A DNA stretch of 64,000 nt, taken from assembly GCF_902713615.1 (NCBI RefSeq), contig NC_052162.1:110015811-110079810 (forward strand). Reading direction: 5' to 3'. The translations under genes and the position numbers were made by a program. The notes beneath the pieces are model-generated. The model searched no databases. It was not told the DNA's origin and worked only from the letters and a program-made list of their open reading frames with translations. The DNA is from Scyliorhinus canicula (lineage: Eukaryota). Positions 13,245 to 26,159 of the stretch are shown here, piece by piece (within the stretch, counting starts at the first letter, position 1; the number at the start of each line of letters is the position of its first letter).

Positions 13245-15363
13245 CACAGTCCATGAGTCGTACTTCTTCTTTAAATCTAATAATTGACTTATTTCTTCCC
13301 ACACAGCAAAGGAAAGAAAAGTAATTAGTTTGTAATGCATTTCAATTCCAGTGAATTATTTCCCAAATGTAACCACACCACATAAAAGTGTTAAATTAAG
13401 AAATTATGAAAGGATTCATATTTTATGTTTTATTTTTATTCACCAGGTGATCACCCCGTTCTTGTATCGGGTATACATTGACCACAATTCAATAACAAGT
13501 GATTTTATTGTCTAAGTTGAAGACGCATGGTCCATTGGAGATACAAATGCCACAACATGCCTGACAGGTCACTCCATACTACTAGTGATGGAAATGTCTC
13601 AATACAATAACAATATCCTTCATCTGGCCATGAGTTTAACACCAACATTTGCTGAGAGATCAACATCAATGTCACAGTCATTGAGCAGGAATATTGGCTC
13701 TGGATATTTCTGTTTTTAAAAATGTACTTCCGGATGTTGGCATCACTGGTTCGGCCAGCATTTCTTTTTCATCCTTAGGTGCCCTTCAGAAGGTGGTGGT
13801 GAGTTGCCTTCATTAGCCTCTGCTGTTCCTGAGGCGTAGACACCCCTACAGTGCTTTTATGAAGGGAGCCAGTGACAGTGAAGGAACAGTGATATATGTC
13901 CAGGCCTGGTTGATGAGTGACTTGGAACAGAACGTCTTGATGGGGTTCGGAGGTACCTATTCTTCGTGTATTTTAGATGGTATTGGTTGTTGGTTTGGAA
14001 GATGCTGCCCAAGGAATCTCAGCGAATTCCTGAGGTGCATCTTGTAGATGGTACTCATGGCTGCCAATGTTTGTTGGTGGGAGAGGGTTTGAAAGTTTGT
14101 GAAGGGGGTAACAATCAACCGGAATGCTTTGTCTTGGATGGCGTCGAGATTCTTGAGTGTTGTTGGAGCTGTAATCGTCCAGGCAACTGAAGAGTATTCC
14201 ATTACACTTCCGACTTGTGCCTTGGACCGGCTGCAGGATGAAGACGTGACTTACTCGGTGTAGTATTCCTAGTCGTTGATCTGTTCTGGCAGCCACTGCA
14301 TTAATAAGGCTACTCCAGTTAAGTTGCTGATCAATAGTAAGCCGACGATATTGATTGTCGGGGATCTACCGATGAAAATGCCATTGGATGTCATGGGCGA
14401 TGGTTAGATCCTCTCTTGTAGGAGGTGGCCATTGCCTGGCACTTGTGTGGCGCGAATTTAACTTATCACTTTTCAGCCCAAACCTGGATAATGTCCAGGT
14501 TTTGCTGGATTTGAAAATGAACAGCTTCATTATCTGAGGAATCATCAATGGTGCTGCAGATTGTGCAGCCATCTGCGAACATTCCAACATCTGACCTTAT
14601 AATGTAGGGAGGTCATTGATGAAGTAGCTGAAAATGGTTAGGCCTAGAATACGCTCTGAGGAACTCCTACAATAATGATCTGGAGTTGAGATTAGTGACG
14701 TACAGCTACCACAAACATCCTATTTTGCGTCACAAATGACACCAACCAGTGGAAGTGTTTTCCCTGATTCCGATTGGCCCTTGCTATTTCGGTTTTCTTG
14801 ATGCCATACTCCGTTAAATGCAGTCTTTACGTCAATGGCAGCCAGTCTCCCCTCACCTCTCCCATTCTGTCTGTTGTCCAAATGCCTTATTGCTGAGTAA
14901 GTGTCACTTGAGAGCACTTCCGATGACTTATTACATCATTTTATTGACGATGGAGAGTGGACTGGCAGGAGAGTAATTGCCTGGGTCGGATTTTTCCTCT
15001 TCTCTCTGCACATGGCACACCTGGTCAATTTCCCACATCGCTAGACATATGCCAGTGTTGTAGCTGTACTGCCATAGATTGGCTAAGGTGCGGCAAGATC
15101 TGGAGCAGATTACCCGATATTGTAAGGGGCCATAGCCTTTGCATTAACCAGTAGCTTCAGTTGTTTCTTGATACCGAGTTCAGTGAGTCATATTGGTCGA
15201 AGTCAGACAGATGTCATGCTGCGAACCACAGGGGGAGACGGGGAGTATCATCTTCTCAGTACTTCTGGCTGTTGATTGTTGCAGATGCTTCATCCTCCTT
15301 ATGTTCATCAGCGAAGATTGAGGATTCAACATTGAGGATGCCGATATTTGTGAAGCCCGCTGC

Positions 15364-15960
15364 AAAGAACAAAGATCAATGCAGCACAGGAACTTCGGCC
15401 GCCCAGGCCTGCGCCGAGCATGGTGCCTGCCTAATCTAAAACCGCATGTACTTACAGAGTCCGTATTCTTCCATTCCCACCCTATTCATATGTTTGTCAA
15501 GATGCCTCTTAAATGCTGCTATCATACCTGCTCCTACCACTTCCCCCGGCAGCGAGTTCCATATATTTACCACCCTTTGTGCAAAAGACCTGCCTCACAC
15601 ATTGGTTCTAAACTTTCCCTATACATTTTAAACCTATGCCCCTCGTACCTGACTCTCCTTACCGTAGGAGAGAACATCTGATTATCCTCTCTGTCCATGC
15701 CACTCATAATCTTGTAGACCGCTATTTGCCCGCCTCTCAATCTCCGAGGTTTCAGTAAGAAGAGACCGAGTTAATATAACCTCTGCTCAGAGCTGATACC
15801 CTCCATACAGGCAATATCCTAGTAAACCGCTTTTGTACCCTCTACAAACCTTTTGCATCCTTCTGCTAGAGTGGGGATCAAATTTTTACGCAATATTCCA
15901 AATGAGGCTCAACAAAGGTTCTCTACAGCTGCAACATGACTTCCCAATTTTTATAGTCAA
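15364..15960 (-). mobile_element. CR1 3' fragment nested in the Zenon-like LINE
   Basis: (aaagaac)n tail plus 'cagcacagg..cttcggcc' CR1 3' end and ORF2 C-terminal sequence. Confidence 0.85.
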
Positions 15961-16796
15961 TTGCCAATGTTTATATTCAATTATATTTTTATATTCAGTT
16001 AGTTATTTAATTGTCCACCATAATTCACGGCGATTGCAGAATCGGTTAGCTCAGTCTATTGCTTGCTGTTATGCTGTTTTGCACACCAGAAGTCCTGTGT
16101 TGCAGCTTCAACAGGTTGGAACCTCATTTTTAAGTATGTCTGCTTTTGTCCCTTGCACGCTCTTTTGCACTCTTCATTTGATCAATGTTGATAATCTGGC
16201 TTCGTGGTACTGGCATATTGGGAATATGCAGGGCCATGAGGTTTCAGATTGCGGTTGAGTGCATTTCTGCTCCCGTTGTTGTCCCACAGTGCCTCATGGT
16301 TGGGCAGTCTTGAGTTGCTAGATCCGTTATAAGTCTACCCCATTTAGCACGGTTGTAGTGCCACACGAAGGAAGGTATCCTCCATGTGAAGAGACGTTGA
16401 CTCCACAAGGATTGTGTGGTGGTCATGCCTACCTATACTGTCATGGACAGATGCATCCACAGCAGAATATTGCTGCGGAGGAGGTGAGGTACATTTATCC
16501 CTTGTTGTTCCCTAATCAATTGCAGAATTTCCAGCCTAGCAGACCTTTTTGGACCCTGTCAGGTCGTTTTGATGACTACTAACGAGCCACATTTGGTAAT
16601 GAATATTAAAGGCCCACACCCAGAGTATCGTCTGTGCTCTTGCCACCTTCAGTGCTCCCTCGCATTAAATGTGGAGGAGTACTGGTAAATGGTCTGTGTT
16701 AATCAGCAACAGGTTTCCTTGCCCATGTTTAACCTGAAGGCATGAGACTTTATGAAGTCCAGAGTCAATGTTGAGGACTCCCAGGGAAACTTCGAA

Positions 16797-19660
16797 CGAG
16801 TTAGTTGGTAAAAGGTAGCTGTTCACATACCAATAACTGAGTGGCAGTTACCTGGCAATCATCTGAAACCCTATTGGAGGCAAAGGTGTAAAAGTCACAG
16901 AGTTGATGTGGCGGGTGACTTTAGCAAGCACGATTTTGAGTGGCACGGTAGCACAGTAGTTACCACAGTTGCTTCACAGCTCCAGGGTACCTGGTTCGAT
17001 TCCCAACTTGGGTCACTGTCTGTGCGGAGTCTGCATGCTCTCCCCGTGTCTGCGTGGGTTTCTTCCGGGTGCCCCTGTTTCCTCCCACAGTCCAAAGATG
17101 TGCAGGTTAGGTGAATTGGCCATGATCAATTGCCTTTACGATGTGTGGGGTTGCTGGATTACGGAATAGGATGGAGGTGTGGGTTTAAGTAGGGTGATCT
17201 TTCCAAGAGTCTGTGCAAATTTCGATGGGCCGAATGGCCTACGTTTGCTCTGTAAGTGCTATGATTCTACGAACTTTCCCTATGTTGACTGGGACTCAAT
17301 TAGTGCTAGCGGGTGGATGGGGCAGAGTCTGGAAGGAGATTCCAGGAGGGATTTTGGAAACAGTATGTAAATAGTCCAACGAGAGAAGGCGCAGTACTGA
17401 ACCTGATAATGGGGAATGAGCCTGGCCAGGTGGTCGATGTTTCAGTAGGGGGCACTTCGGGAACAGTGACCACAATTCAGTAAGCTTTAATGTGCTGATG
17501 GATAAATATAAGTGTAGTCCTCAGGTGAAGGTGCTGAATTGGGCGAAGACTGATTGCAACAATATTAGGCAGGAACTGAAGAATGTAAATTTGGGGTAGA
17601 ATTGAGGTTTGAAAGCAAACAAATATCTGGCATGTAAGTTGATAGGAATTGAGGAGCGGCAAGTTCCCGTAACTGTGAAGGATAAGTATGACAAATTTCG
17701 GGAACATTGGATAACGAGAGATATTGTGAGCCTAGTCAAAAAGTAAAAGGAAACGTTTGTCAAAGCAAGGAGGCTGGGAACACATAAACGAACTGTGGAA
17801 TACGAGGAAAGTATAAACAACTTCAGCATTGAGTCAGGAGGGCTAAAGGCTTCAGTAAAAGTCATTTTCCAGCATTATTAAGGAAATTCCTGAGGTTTTT
17901 ACACATATATAAAGAGAAACATTGTAGCCAGGTAGAGGGTTGTCCCACTGAAGGACAGCGGAGGGAATCTATGCGTGGAGCCACAGGACACGGGCGAGGT
18001 ATTAAACGAATACTTTGCGTCAGTATTCACCAAAGAGAAGGACTTGGTGGATGATTAGTCTGGGGAAGGGTATGAAGATAGTTTGGGTCATGTTGATATC
18101 CAAGCGGAGGAGGCATTGTGGCCTTGGAAAATGGTAGAAAGACAAGTTTCCCGACCGCCTTTTGGGATATATCCCAGAATACAGAGTTGTATAATGACTG
18201 GTGACAGGGGAGGTCCCAGAGGATCTGAGAATAGCCAATGGTGTTCCTTTCTTTAAGAAGGGTAACAAAAATAATCCAGATGATTACACGCCGGTTCGTC
18301 CTCCGTCAGTAATAAGATCATTATTAGAGATTATTCTTCGGGACAGGATTTACTCCCACTTGGAAATAACTGGACTTATTAGCGAGAGACGACATGTTTA
18401 TGTGAAGGGGAGGTCGTGTCTGAATAACTTGATCGAGTTTTTCGAGGAAGTGACGAATGGATTGATGAGGGTCGGGCAGTAGATGTTGTCCACGTGGATT
18501 TCAGTAAGGTGTTTGACAAGGTCCCTCATGGCACACTGGTACAGAAGGTGAAGTCACACGGAATCAGAGGTGCACTGGAAATATGGATACATAACTGATA
18601 TGGTCATACTTTACAGAGGGTAGCAGTGGAAGGTGCGTTTCTGAATGGAGGGCTGTGACGAGTGGCGTTCCACAGGGATGAGTGGTGGGATCTTTGCTGT
18701 TTCTAATATGAATAAATGATTTGGCAGAAAATGTAACTGGTTTGATTAGTGCATTTGCGGACAACACAAAGCACTCGGATAGTGATGAGGACTGTCAGAG
18801 GACTCAGCCTGATATAGATCAATTGGAGACACGGGCGGACAGATGGGAAATGGAGTTTAATCCAGACAAGTGTGACATAATCCATTTGGAAAGTCTAACA
18901 TAGATGGGAAATATGCAGAAAATTACAGAACCCTCAAGAGTATTGATAGGCAGAGGGTTCTAGGTGTACAGGTATACAGGTCACTGAAAGTGGTTACGAC
19001 GCAGGTGGAGAAGGTAGTCAAGAAGGTATACAGCATGCTTGCCCTCATCAGCGGGGCATTGAGTTTAAAAATTAGCAAGTCATGTTGCAGATTTATAGAA
19101 CCTTAGTTAGGCTGCCCTTTGGATAGAGTGTTCAATTTCGGTCGTCACACTACCAAAAGGATGTCGAGACTTTGGAGAGTGTCCAAAAAAGATTTACTGG
19201 GATGTTGCCTGGTATGTAGGTCATTAGCTATGAGGAGAGGCTTGGAGTAATTTGGTTTGTTCTCACTGGAACGACGGAGTTTGAGGGACGACCTGATAGA
19301 AATCTAGATGATTATGTGGGGCATGGGTAGAGTGGATACTGAGAAGCTTTTTCCAAATATGGAAGAATCAATTACTGGGGTGCATCGATTTCTGGTTCGA
19401 GGGGCAAGGTTTAACGGAGATCTACGAGGCACGCATTTTATACAGGTGGTGTTGTGAGCCTGGGACTCGCTGCCGGGAGAGCTGCAAAAGCAGATACGAT
19501 GGTGGCTTCTCAGGGGAGTCTTGACACATACATGAATAGGATGGGAATAGAGGGATATCGTGCCCAGAAGAGTACGAGTTTTTAGTTCAGACGGGCACAA
19601 TGGTCGGTGCAGGCCTGGAGGGCCGAAGTGCCAGTTCCTGTACTGTACCTTTCTTTGTTC
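16797..19660 (+). mobile_element. Decayed CR1 LINE (5'-truncated ORF2) nested in the Zenon-like LINE
   Basis: 'GEVPEDLRIANGVPFFKKG..GRSCLNNLIEFFEEVT', 'LISAFADNTK', and a CR1 3' tail ending ttctttgttc at ~19660. Confidence 0.88.
16938..17270 (+). mobile_element. HE1-type SINE inserted in CR1
   Basis: A box 'tggcacggtagcacagtag', B box 'ggttcgattcc', HE1 core, ctatgattcta tail. Confidence 0.9.
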
Positions 19661-20834
19661 TTCGTATACCACTGTGTCGGAACCTCTGCTGGGTCTGTCA
19701 TGCCGATGTGAGTGGACACACCCATGATTAGTGATAGACGTGTCTGGGACATTGACTGTATGGCATGATTCTATGAGTAGTACTATGTCAGCCTGTTGCT
19801 TGACTAGTCTGTTAGACAGCTCACCCACATTTGACACAAGCTCCAGAGGTTAGTAAGGAGGACTTTGCAGGGTCGACAGGGCTGAGTTTGCCGTTGTCGT
19901 TTCCGGGCATACTGGGTTCCATTCGTTTTCCGTGTGTTTGTAGCGGTTGAATACAACTGAGTAGCTATTTAGACCATTTCTGGAGTCACAATGGGCCAGA
20001 CCAAACAAGGTAAGTATGGCAGATTTCCTTCCCTAAAGACATTAGTGAACCAGATGGGATTTTACGACGTTCGACAATGATTTCCTTTTAATCTTTAGAC
20101 TTTTAACGCCTGATATTTTGTTGAATTTCAATTGCATCAACTGCCGTGGTGGTATTCTTAAACGGTTCCCTGAACCATCACCCTGGGTCCCTGTATTACG
20201 ATCCCAGCGACAATGTCAGTACGGCAACCCATCCGATGAATAGCGTCGACACAAATTCAATTCTACTTGATCTATCAAGTACCCTACGAACAAAAACCGT
20301 TTGATTTACTTTCCTCTCCACGCGTCATTTCGCAGATCTTACTGGATTTTTATTCCATGTGATTATCGTGATGCAGTGTCTTAAACGTCGTTTCAGCCTG
20401 CACATATCTTTCCCGTGATTTCACGGTCCATTATTCCGACACGTTTTTGCAGTCGTGTTCATAGTACAGGAGTGGGATAATTTTGGCACAGATAAAGTCT
20501 GCTTGATTGAGAATATTTCTGAATGTTCCAGGTCTGTAGGATAGACGTTAGGCAGTCTGCATAATTTGAAATTGGAGAAACTTCAGATTGAAGGAGAGAA
20601 GTGGGATGCTTTGTAGACTGAATTAAAGTATTGGGAAGGGAGGGGGGATCCGTTCAGAGTGGGGTAAATTTAAGGTTGCTCTCGTCTGGAGCATTTTGAT
20701 GCGGTTTGGATTGTTCTTGTGCAAAAGCGCAAAGCGGCCATCGCATGGAATTTTCGGAACAAAACGTTTCGTCCATGTTCAACTTGACGAGAAAAGCAAA
20801 ACATCGAAAAAAAAGGAAACAGATCGGAAGGAAG

Positions 20835-21048
20835 TTTAACATTACTGCTATTTTGTTGGACTTCGCTTGTTATTTTTCATTAATTAAGATGATCAATCTA
20901 CATGCCCGGCACGCCTTTGGGTTGTCGGCCTGAGACCCACGTAGGCAGGGGTAAACTCTCCTCGGTCAGTGATCCGGAGTCGCGTTTGAACCCGACTTCT
21001 CAGCACTGTGCGTCAACAGTGCAAACCACTACGCAACCGTACCGTCCC
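20835..21048 (-). mobile_element. Degenerate HE1-like SINE
   Basis: Recognisable head 'cagtgcaaaccactacgcaaccgtaccgtccc' and core remnants. Confidence 0.6.
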
Positions 21049-21814
21049 GGACAACGGGATGCTGTCAACAGTCCGTAAATATCGATTACTGACCAGACAA
21101 TTCAGGACAATCCGTTTCGATGCTGGTCCTGTGACTAGAGACATAGATCACAGGTACGAACGGTTGGCTGCTTGGTGAAACAGCATGTCGCTCAGGTCAC
21201 TTGAGATACACTGGAGACCGCAATGAAAGAGCCCGCCTTTGCAAAATGCAAATAATCTTCTTGCAATACCTCACTCATGACCGATTGTAGCTAGTCAAGA
21301 CCTCAAAGTCGTGCATTTACCTTTGTTAGATGCGATATTCGCACATTTTGCCAACTGCTCTACCTCTCTCTCGCTCCAGAAATGAATATAAACATATATT
21401 GTTTATATTATATACACGCGTCTGTTTGTGATACCCTAGAAGTACGGTGCCGCGAATCTCTATTTATTTCAACGCTTCTCCACTCCGATTCAACTTCCCC
21501 ACCAATAAACAGTCTTTTATCCTTTCGTCAAAATATTGGCCAGAGATGTTTTAGTCTCCTCCTCGCCACTTAATCGAAAGATTATGATTCGCCAGAATTT
21601 GATGAGAGATTTAAACGCAAATTGTAAGTTTTTACCTAACCAGGTTGAGAACGCTAAACGCCAGAGCAAAGCACTGTTTAAAGCAGAGATAAAGATCTGT
21701 TGATCTGCTGGACACACAATTCTTTTCACAGACGTACTTATCGAGCTTTCTTGCAAATGGTCCAACAGCAGAAACCTATAAGCAAATCGGCTGGAGTGTC
21801 AAAACATGATACAA

Positions 21815-22160
21815 TTCACAGCAATATCCGCACCCAGTAGCCACATACCCCATTGCCACATCCGCCTGGCTGACCAGATGTACACAACGCACATTGCACT
21901 TTGCCCTCCCTCCCACTCGGGAATTTCTCAATGACTCCGCACCTCAGATAGTGCTCAACTCCACCCGAACCGCCCCAAACCACTCCCCCCACCCCACAAA
22001 ACCCCACACACACACGCAAACAACGGTCGCAAAACCCCACACTCCCCTGTCGCATTATGTTAATCCCCAACCCTTACCTTCGGGCAACTTTAACACCCTT
22101 CCAGATATTGTCTCTCAACGCACCATCTTGAATACTTGGCTCCTGTCCCCGTCAGGGCTT
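21815..22160 (-). mobile_element. L1-clade ORF2 fragment
   Basis: Purine/pyrimidine skew and degenerate 'F.W.G...GG...P....YW' region like the L1 at 4100-4450. Confidence 0.45.
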
Positions 22161-22827
22161 CGGCAGCAATATCCGGTGTGAGTGGCGGATTAGGTTGAAC
22201 ATCTTTGCTGTTTGAGAGAGCAGAATAGAGGTGAGTATTCCAGCCGGGTGAGGGAGACCGGAGAACAATGTCTGACGTGAAGCAGGGAGGAGGTAATTGT
22301 TGGGCGGTGAACGGGCATGTGCACTATCAATATGGTGAGACAACGGAGATTTGAAAGCTGACATCTGCACGAAACCTCGAACCATTTTTCTCCGCTGCGC
22401 TAAGATGGACTGGAAACGTTTTCGGAAAGTTTGCATCTGATCAGTCGGTTGCCATCGGTAAGAGGAAACTGGAATTAGTGTGTGTTGATCCGTGAAAACA
22501 GAACGACAGAACAATTTGGCACGACGTATCGAATACATGTATTTAATCTTTTCCTTGTGATATAGATGAGATGCCGAAACGATGCGTGAAATTTCCTTAT
22601 TCCATAACACTAGGCGATTTTGTGGATGTGCATGATAACGTGTAATTCGTCAATACTGCAAAAATGCGTTGACAGTAAAACTATTTTGCGTTCCCCAGTT
22701 TAGAACGCTAATCAGCCCTTCTTTGCGGTATGCATTGATTAAATGTACGACGCGATCCTCAACACGAGATTTAGTGGGGACCCAAATTATGCGCTTGGGT
22801 TTCTGTCTCGCAAGTTATTTTAAAAAA

Positions 22828-23157
22828 TAGAATCATCGAATTCCTAGAGTGCAGCAGGAGGTCATTCGTGCCAATAAGTCTGCAGCGACTCTGTGAAAGA
22901 GCACCCCATCTAGGCCCACTCCACAACCCGATCTCGGTAACCCGTAACCCACCTAAACTTTGGACATTAAGAGCAATTTAGCATCGCCAATCCACATAAG
23001 CACACATCTGTGGACTGTGACGAAACCAAGTATTCAGAGGAAACTTATGCAGGCACGCGGAGAAGGTTCCAAGTCCACACAGACAAACACAAACGCCGAA
23101 ATTGAGCGAGCCTCTCTGACGCGGTGAAGCATCAGCGCATAACACTGTGTCACCCAA
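22828..23157 (-). mobile_element. HE1-type SINE with CR1-like tail
   Basis: 'tagaatcat.gaattcct.cagtgcag.aggagg.cattcg' tail and 'gcaatttagcat.gccaatccac' core. Confidence 0.8.
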
Positions 23158-23319
23158 AGAGTGGGTCAACTGCCAATTATCTTCACTTCTAATGTTCCAA
23201 CGTGCTTGGCTGGGAACTATCTGACAAACTTATGAAAATCACTTACTTCGGATGTTTTTGCCAGTTTTAAACTGATGGTCAGCCTGAAAGACTTAGAAGT
23301 TAAAAGAAAAGCCTAATTC

Positions 23320-25150
23320 CAAAGTAAGTATTTAGAACACCTGACACAGCCTCTGATGGGACAATCCCCAGTACACACCCAGCGGATACCGCACGACGCC
23401 CCATCGGTTTTGCTCGACCAGCCCTACAAGACACGGGGGGGGGGGGTGAGGGGCACGCGGCCCACAGCACCCATTCCAGGACTGACCCCACCATACATTC
23501 CGACAGCCTTTCCCGTCCTAATCACCCTCCCCGCCCACACTCTCTCCATGCTCTTCCGAACATTCTCCCGGTTAGCCTTGCTCCCTTTTGCTCCTCCCGG
23601 CGCCAATGCCGGCAACAATCCTGCATGACCCGACAGTGTCGCAACCAGAAACCTTGCAACACGACCGCAACTTAATTTCCCAACGACCATCCTATCCGTC
23701 GCCTTGACCTCCGACACCTCCATATATGAGAATGCCCGCTCCAACCACACACACCCCACAACAGAAGGCACTCACTCCCGACCGAGCATGAACGCCCCTT
23801 AGGTCCAACCCCGACCTTTCAATGAACGAAGAACAAAGAGCAATGAAAAGTACAGCACAGGAACAGGCACTTCGGCCCTCCAAGCCCGTGCAGACCATGC
23901 TGCCCGTCTAAAATAAAATCTTCTACACTTTCTGTGTTCGTATCCCTCTATTCCCATCGTATTCATGCATTTATCCAGATGCCTCGTAAATGTCACTATC
24001 ATTCCTGCTTCCACCCCCTCCTCCGGCAGCGTGTTCCTGGCACCCACTACCGTCTGTCTAAAAAACCTGCCTCGTACATCTCCTTTAAAACTTGCCCCTC
24101 GCACCTTAAACCTATGCCCCCGTGTAATTGACCCCTCTACACTGGGGAAACTCTCTGAGTATCTACTCTGTCTATGCCCCTCATAATTTTGTAGACCTCT
24201 ATCACGTCGCCCCTCAACTTCCGTCGTTCCAGTGAGAACAAACCGAGTTTATTTAACCGCTCCTCATAGCTAATGCCCTCCATACCAGACAACATCCTGC
24301 TAAATCTCTTCTGCAGCCTCTCTAAAGCCTCCACATCCTTCTGGTAGTGTGGCGACAAGAATTGAACACTATATTCCAAGTGTGGCCTAACTAAAGTTCT
24401 ATACAGCTGCAACATGCCTTGCCAATTCATATAATCAATGCCCCGGCAAATGAAGGCAAGCATGCCGCTTGCCTTCTTGATTACCTTCTCCACCTGTGTT
24501 GCCCCTTTCAGTTCCCTGTGGACCTGTACCCCTAGATCCCTCTGACTTTCAACACTCTTCTACCATTCACTGTATATTCCCTACCTGCATTAGAACTTCC
24601 AAAATGCATTACATGACATTTGCCTGGATTAAACTCCATCTGCGATCTATCCGCGCAAGTCTCCAAACGATCTAAACCCTGCTGTATACTCTGACAGTCC
24701 TCATCGCTATCTGCAATTCCACCAATCTTTGTGTCGTCTGCAAACTTACTAATCAGACCAGTTACATTTTCCTCCAAATTATTTATCCCCTCAGGTCCAC
24801 CTCCCCAAACTTCCACTTCAGTACAACTTGTTCTGATCCGACGATCCCAACGTCCGAACAGATTCCACCCCCACCTCCAGTCTGACCCTACCTCCTTACC
24901 TCAAGTAAAAAACGATACACCTAGCTTCTGGTCAAATACCTCCCCGCTCCCCTCTCACCTCTGGTCCAACAAAGCACTACCCACTAAGACCCTCTCTGAT
25001 ACAAGTCCCCCAAACGCCTCCATCACCGAATGGACCTTCTCCCCTGCGGCCTGAACAGGCCACCCACCTGTCCGAGCCGACGTTCCGAACGAGCCATCCG
25101 TCCTTACCTCCGCACCCACCACTTCTCTCGCGGCCTCCCAAATTGTCATA
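23320..25150 (-). mobile_element. L1-clade ORF2 fragment split by a CR1 insertion
   Basis: 'TIWEAAREVVG' (24955..25149) and 'DRMVVGKL..VARFL' (23424..23771) resemble the L1 post-endonuclease region. Confidence 0.55.
23822..24787 (-). mobile_element. CR1 3' fragment
   Basis: 'LISKFADDTKIGG', 'LVRPHLEYSVQF', 'FFRQTVVGARNTLP', CR1 tail. Confidence 0.92.
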
Positions 25151-26159
25151 TTTGAAACTTAGCTTTTTGCCTTTAGATTGTCCCTTTAAGCATGTCCTTT
25201 TCGGCAGCCAGTGCCGTAAAAATGATGCACCGTTCCTTCTCTGTGCTCATTACTGAACGGCAATACAGCCGAGGAGCTGATTCGATGCTCTCTCACCAGC
25301 CTGAGGAAGGTTGCGTGAGACAGGCGCTTTGAAGTGACAGCGAAGGAAAGTCCCTCCAGATCGACAATCCATTCGTTATTGCCAGTCTGAGGAAATTATC
25401 ATGCTTTTACCAGCAGTCATGTCAATTTGTGAAATCTGACATGATTTTACCCTCCCCCTCTTGAGGTATGAAGCCAGGAAGGGCTTTGGCGATCATAGAC
25501 TTTTGCGTTTATCCATGGTTATGCTGTGCACGTGGTTTGCCCTTCTCTGCTGAAGATGACTGACCAGGAAATTCCCCCACTCTTATCACCCCTCCTTTGA
25601 CCTCACATGAGCATCTATAGAATGATAATCAACCTGGCTTATTCCACGTTGTGAAAGTACGTCCTAGGGCATCATTCTTTGGTTTGGAATGGGAGCCTTT
25701 ATTTCAGGCTAAGTGGTGGGACGCTGTGTTTGCGCCAGAAATTCAATGGCCCATAACTTCCTGCTAGCAACAGGAATCCATTGGCGCCATTAGTAAAGTG
25801 AAATCTGCACAATGGTCTGCTCTCCGATGATGCCTGTAACCTTTCTTACCCGTGACAACCTTGGGCCTCCTATACCTCTGTCTGTGCAGTTTCCAGCGTG
25901 AGCAGAAGAAGGGCAGCCACGCTCCATTGTGACTGGGACAACTGGGAACCTCATTGACAGCAGGGATTTCAAGAACATATTTAGGTGGAAAATAAAATAC
26001 AACGTGTTTGACATGTGTGCCAAAGGTATGTAGACGTTTTCAATAGTCATTTTGCTTTATTTTTAAACAGGAATTACTATTGTTGCTGGTTCTTTTAAAA
26101 TACTTTTTAGTTTTTATTTTGTATGATTAAACATGATTATTTATAAGTAAGCATATGTA

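Larger units (their letters stand above)
13730..20235 (-). mobile_element. CR1-group (Zenon-like) LINE, end-to-end but decayed, with two nested CR1 insertions
   Basis: C-terminus 'MEYSSVAW..APTTLKNLDAIQDKAFRLI', RT 'AAIDVKTAFNGVWH', N-terminal endonuclease 'SNVGELSNRLVKQQADIVLLIES..DRPSRGSDTVVY' (19661-19837) that continues at ~16790 across the insertion. tRNA-like 5' head at ~19960-20235. Confidence 0.75.

Noticed and set aside
25200-25560. Possible Harbinger transposase N-terminal relic on the minus strand ('VYDRQSPSWLH..VRFHK')
   Set aside because: Too degenerate to support without a profile search, and it lies outside the apparent left TIR.
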